Positions 62,301 through 64,000 of a DNA stretch of 64,000 bases are shown here, in pieces (position 1 is the first letter of the stretch; each line of letters begins with the position of its first letter). Made by a program: the position numbers and the translations under genes. The notes beneath the pieces are model-generated. The model had not been told where the DNA came from and ran no database searches. It was given only the letters and a program-made list of their open reading frames with translations. The stretch lies in NCBI GenBank assembly GCA_008690995.1, contig VRMN01000008.1:682001-746000 (forward strand), read 5' to 3'. The DNA is from Porphyridium purpureum. Taxonomy: Eukaryota.

Positions 62301-64000
62301 TCAGCGACCAAATCGGACCACCACAGTTCGATCTTCTGCCTCTGCCTCTTCTGTGGCAGCATCACTGCCATGCAGCTCTTCGGCTCGACGCCGTTCAGGA
62401 TCAATCGCGACCCGCACCCCAGTGCCAATAGTATTGTTGGGCACGGTTTCAACCACAAACCCACGCTGCGCACCACCTGGCGCAGGATATTGAAACGAAA
62501 GGCCGCCAGGACTGCCCAGCACCGCCGTCGCGCCGGCATCCGGACCATGGTACCCGAGAGGATACGCAACCATACGCAAAAATCCATCCGGCAAGTTCAA
62601 AGACGTCGGCAAAAATGCTCCGTCCACGTCGCCAGTTTTCAAATCTTTGGGTTTGCCGCCATCGTTGCTGCAAAACGAGACGAGTTTACGGATCCGCGGC
62701 ACCCACACCGATACAAGCTGTTCCGCAGCACGGGATACGTCCAGCTGGTGCTTTCCGGCGCCATTTCCGCGCACCACGGTCAATGGGCGAGCCTCCACAA
62801 GATTCGAAAATTCGTGTATGACCTTTCCGCAAGCTCCGAATGAACACGGGAGCACTTCCGCTCCTTTCAAGCGGACCTCTGTCGCCGCATTGGCAGCGCG
62901 ATTCAAGTGCAATGCGAGCTTGCGCACAAAACTGAGAATGCGTTGCGTCGACGCAAAACCGATGCATGGCGGCTCGCACAGAGCTGAAGATGTCGGTGTC
63001 GATGTTGATGCAGATGAGGCAGCTTTCGAGCGGCCTGCTGTCGCGGCAGTGGGAGAGAACACGCTCGTGCCTGGCACACGCCAGAAAAGGACGCCAGTCG
63101 CCAGGCGCACCGCACGCGCACAGAGAGACGCCAACGCCGCGCGTTCGGACGCCAAAGCGCAGTTCGATCTTGAAGGTGGATCTGCACCGCTCGCTTCCCA
63201 ACCCGCTAAGCACGCCTCCAGGACGACTTCAAACATGGCTCCGGGCAGCGCACCGGATTTCGCATCGTGCCAAAATGTGCGCCTGAGGGGATCGGCTTGG
63301 CCCTGCTCGAGTCGTATCTCAAGAGCTGCAACCCACAGCTGCAGTTCTTGGAATAGCTCGACTCGACCAAGCGCAGTGACCGAATGAAGCAGACGAAAAG
63401 TGATACCCAGTTCGGCATCGGTTCGATCAGATAACAAACGCATCGGAAGCTCTAACATCGTACTCCTGTCGTTGCCAGTACCCGCGAGAAGGAGGATGTC
63501 ACGCCTCCACGGCGAGGACGCCGTCGGCGACCGGGAATCCGCGCCGAACCCCAGCAGCGGAGCCAGAAGTGACAGAGATCGATGCGAGTAGGACACGGTG
63601 CATGACGCGGCGCATAATTCAGGCACAAACGCAGCGATTGCTATGAGAAGCGCGTGCGATGAGTCTGCATCAAAATCGGTATCAGTACGCATGCGGTCAT
63701 GCTTTCGTGCCGCCGCACTGCACCAATGTGCTTCGCACACGTATGTCATCACCGCCATGCTCTCTATCACCACACACGCGAGCGTCTCGTCGAAAGCATC
63801 TTTCAGTACCAAATCCTTCAATTCTTGGAAGCAGCGCAGCACGCAAAGCAGCTGGGCGTCATTATGATCCGCATATTCTCGTGACTGATGCAGCTTGTTC
63901 GTGGTCACTAAAAAGCCCTTCACAAAGCAGACAACAACGTCCATGGCGAGGGCCGCGTCTGGTGTGCTTCCAGACTCACCATCTGATCTAAAACAATGGA
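62301..64000 (-). CDS. Large helical hypothetical protein, probably 5'-truncated by window edge
   Basis: 547-aa ORF. The frame stays open upstream of ATG 63944 to the window end (no in-frame stop). Confidence 0.7.
   Translation of the reverse strand, partial: HCFRSDGESGSTPDAALAMDVVVCFVKGFLVTTNKLHQSREYADHNDAQLLCVLRCFQELKDLVLKDAFDETLACVVIESMAVMTYVCEAHWCSAAARKHDRMRTDTDFDADSSHALLIAIAAFVPELCAASCTVSYSHRSLSLLAPLLGFGADSRSPTASSPWRRDILLLAGTGNDRSTMLELPMRLLSDRTDAELGITFRLLHSVTALGRVELFQELQLWVAALEIRLEQGQADPLRRTFWHDAKSGALPGAMFEVVLEACLAGWEASGADPPSRSNCALASERAALASLCARAVRLATGVLFWRVPGTSVFSPTAATAGRSKAASSASTSTPTSSALCEPPCIGFASTQRILSFVRKLALHLNRAANAATEVRLKGAEVLPCSFGACGKVIHEFSNLVEARPLTVVRGNGAGKHQLDVSRAAEQLVSVWVPRIRKLVSFCSNDGGKPKDLKTGDVDGAFLPTSLNLPDGFLRMVAYPLGYHGPDAGATAVLGSPGGLSFQYPAPGGAQRGFVVETVPNNTIGTGVRVAIDPERRRAEELHGSDAATEEAEAEDRTVVVRFGR

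Noticed and set aside
1..64000. Prokaryotic origin or operon (nusG, tgt, hisG, bL32, CMD present)
   Set aside because: These genes are interspersed with eukaryote-specific genes (ORC3, SEC22, MED4, COPZ), and most carry targeting presequences.
1..64000. tRNA, rRNA or spliceosomal snRNA genes
   Set aside because: No cloverleaf with T-loop GTTCRA, and no U1/U2/U5/U6 or rRNA signature was recognised by eye.

Overview
Compact, GC-rich and apparently intron-free eukaryotic nuclear DNA, with roughly one gene per 2 kb. MAFV/MLFV-type plastid transit peptides and the gene content suggest a unicellular red alga (Porphyridium-like; inference). Most of the ~35 protein genes are housekeeping: ORC3, PPAT, Sec14, ALMT/FUSC, SAE1, SEC22, SRPRB, MED4, COPZ, HisG, VTA1, eIF6 and others. 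Notable genes: a probable XLF/NHEJ1 DNA-repair homologue, an LQY1-like thylakoid Zn-finger whose transit peptide lies in another frame, a Chlamydiae-type TGT with a degenerate Zn site, a DUF2254-like membrane protein missed by the ORF track, and tryptophan 2,3-dioxygenase. Non-coding signals: a recurrent upstream GTACAGT motif, and several divergent promoters each carrying its own motif array or hairpin cluster. A diverged direct repeat flanks the ALMT gene within decayed coding-like DNA. No rRNA, tRNA or CRISPR array was seen. All family calls come from motif recognition by eye; no searches were run.
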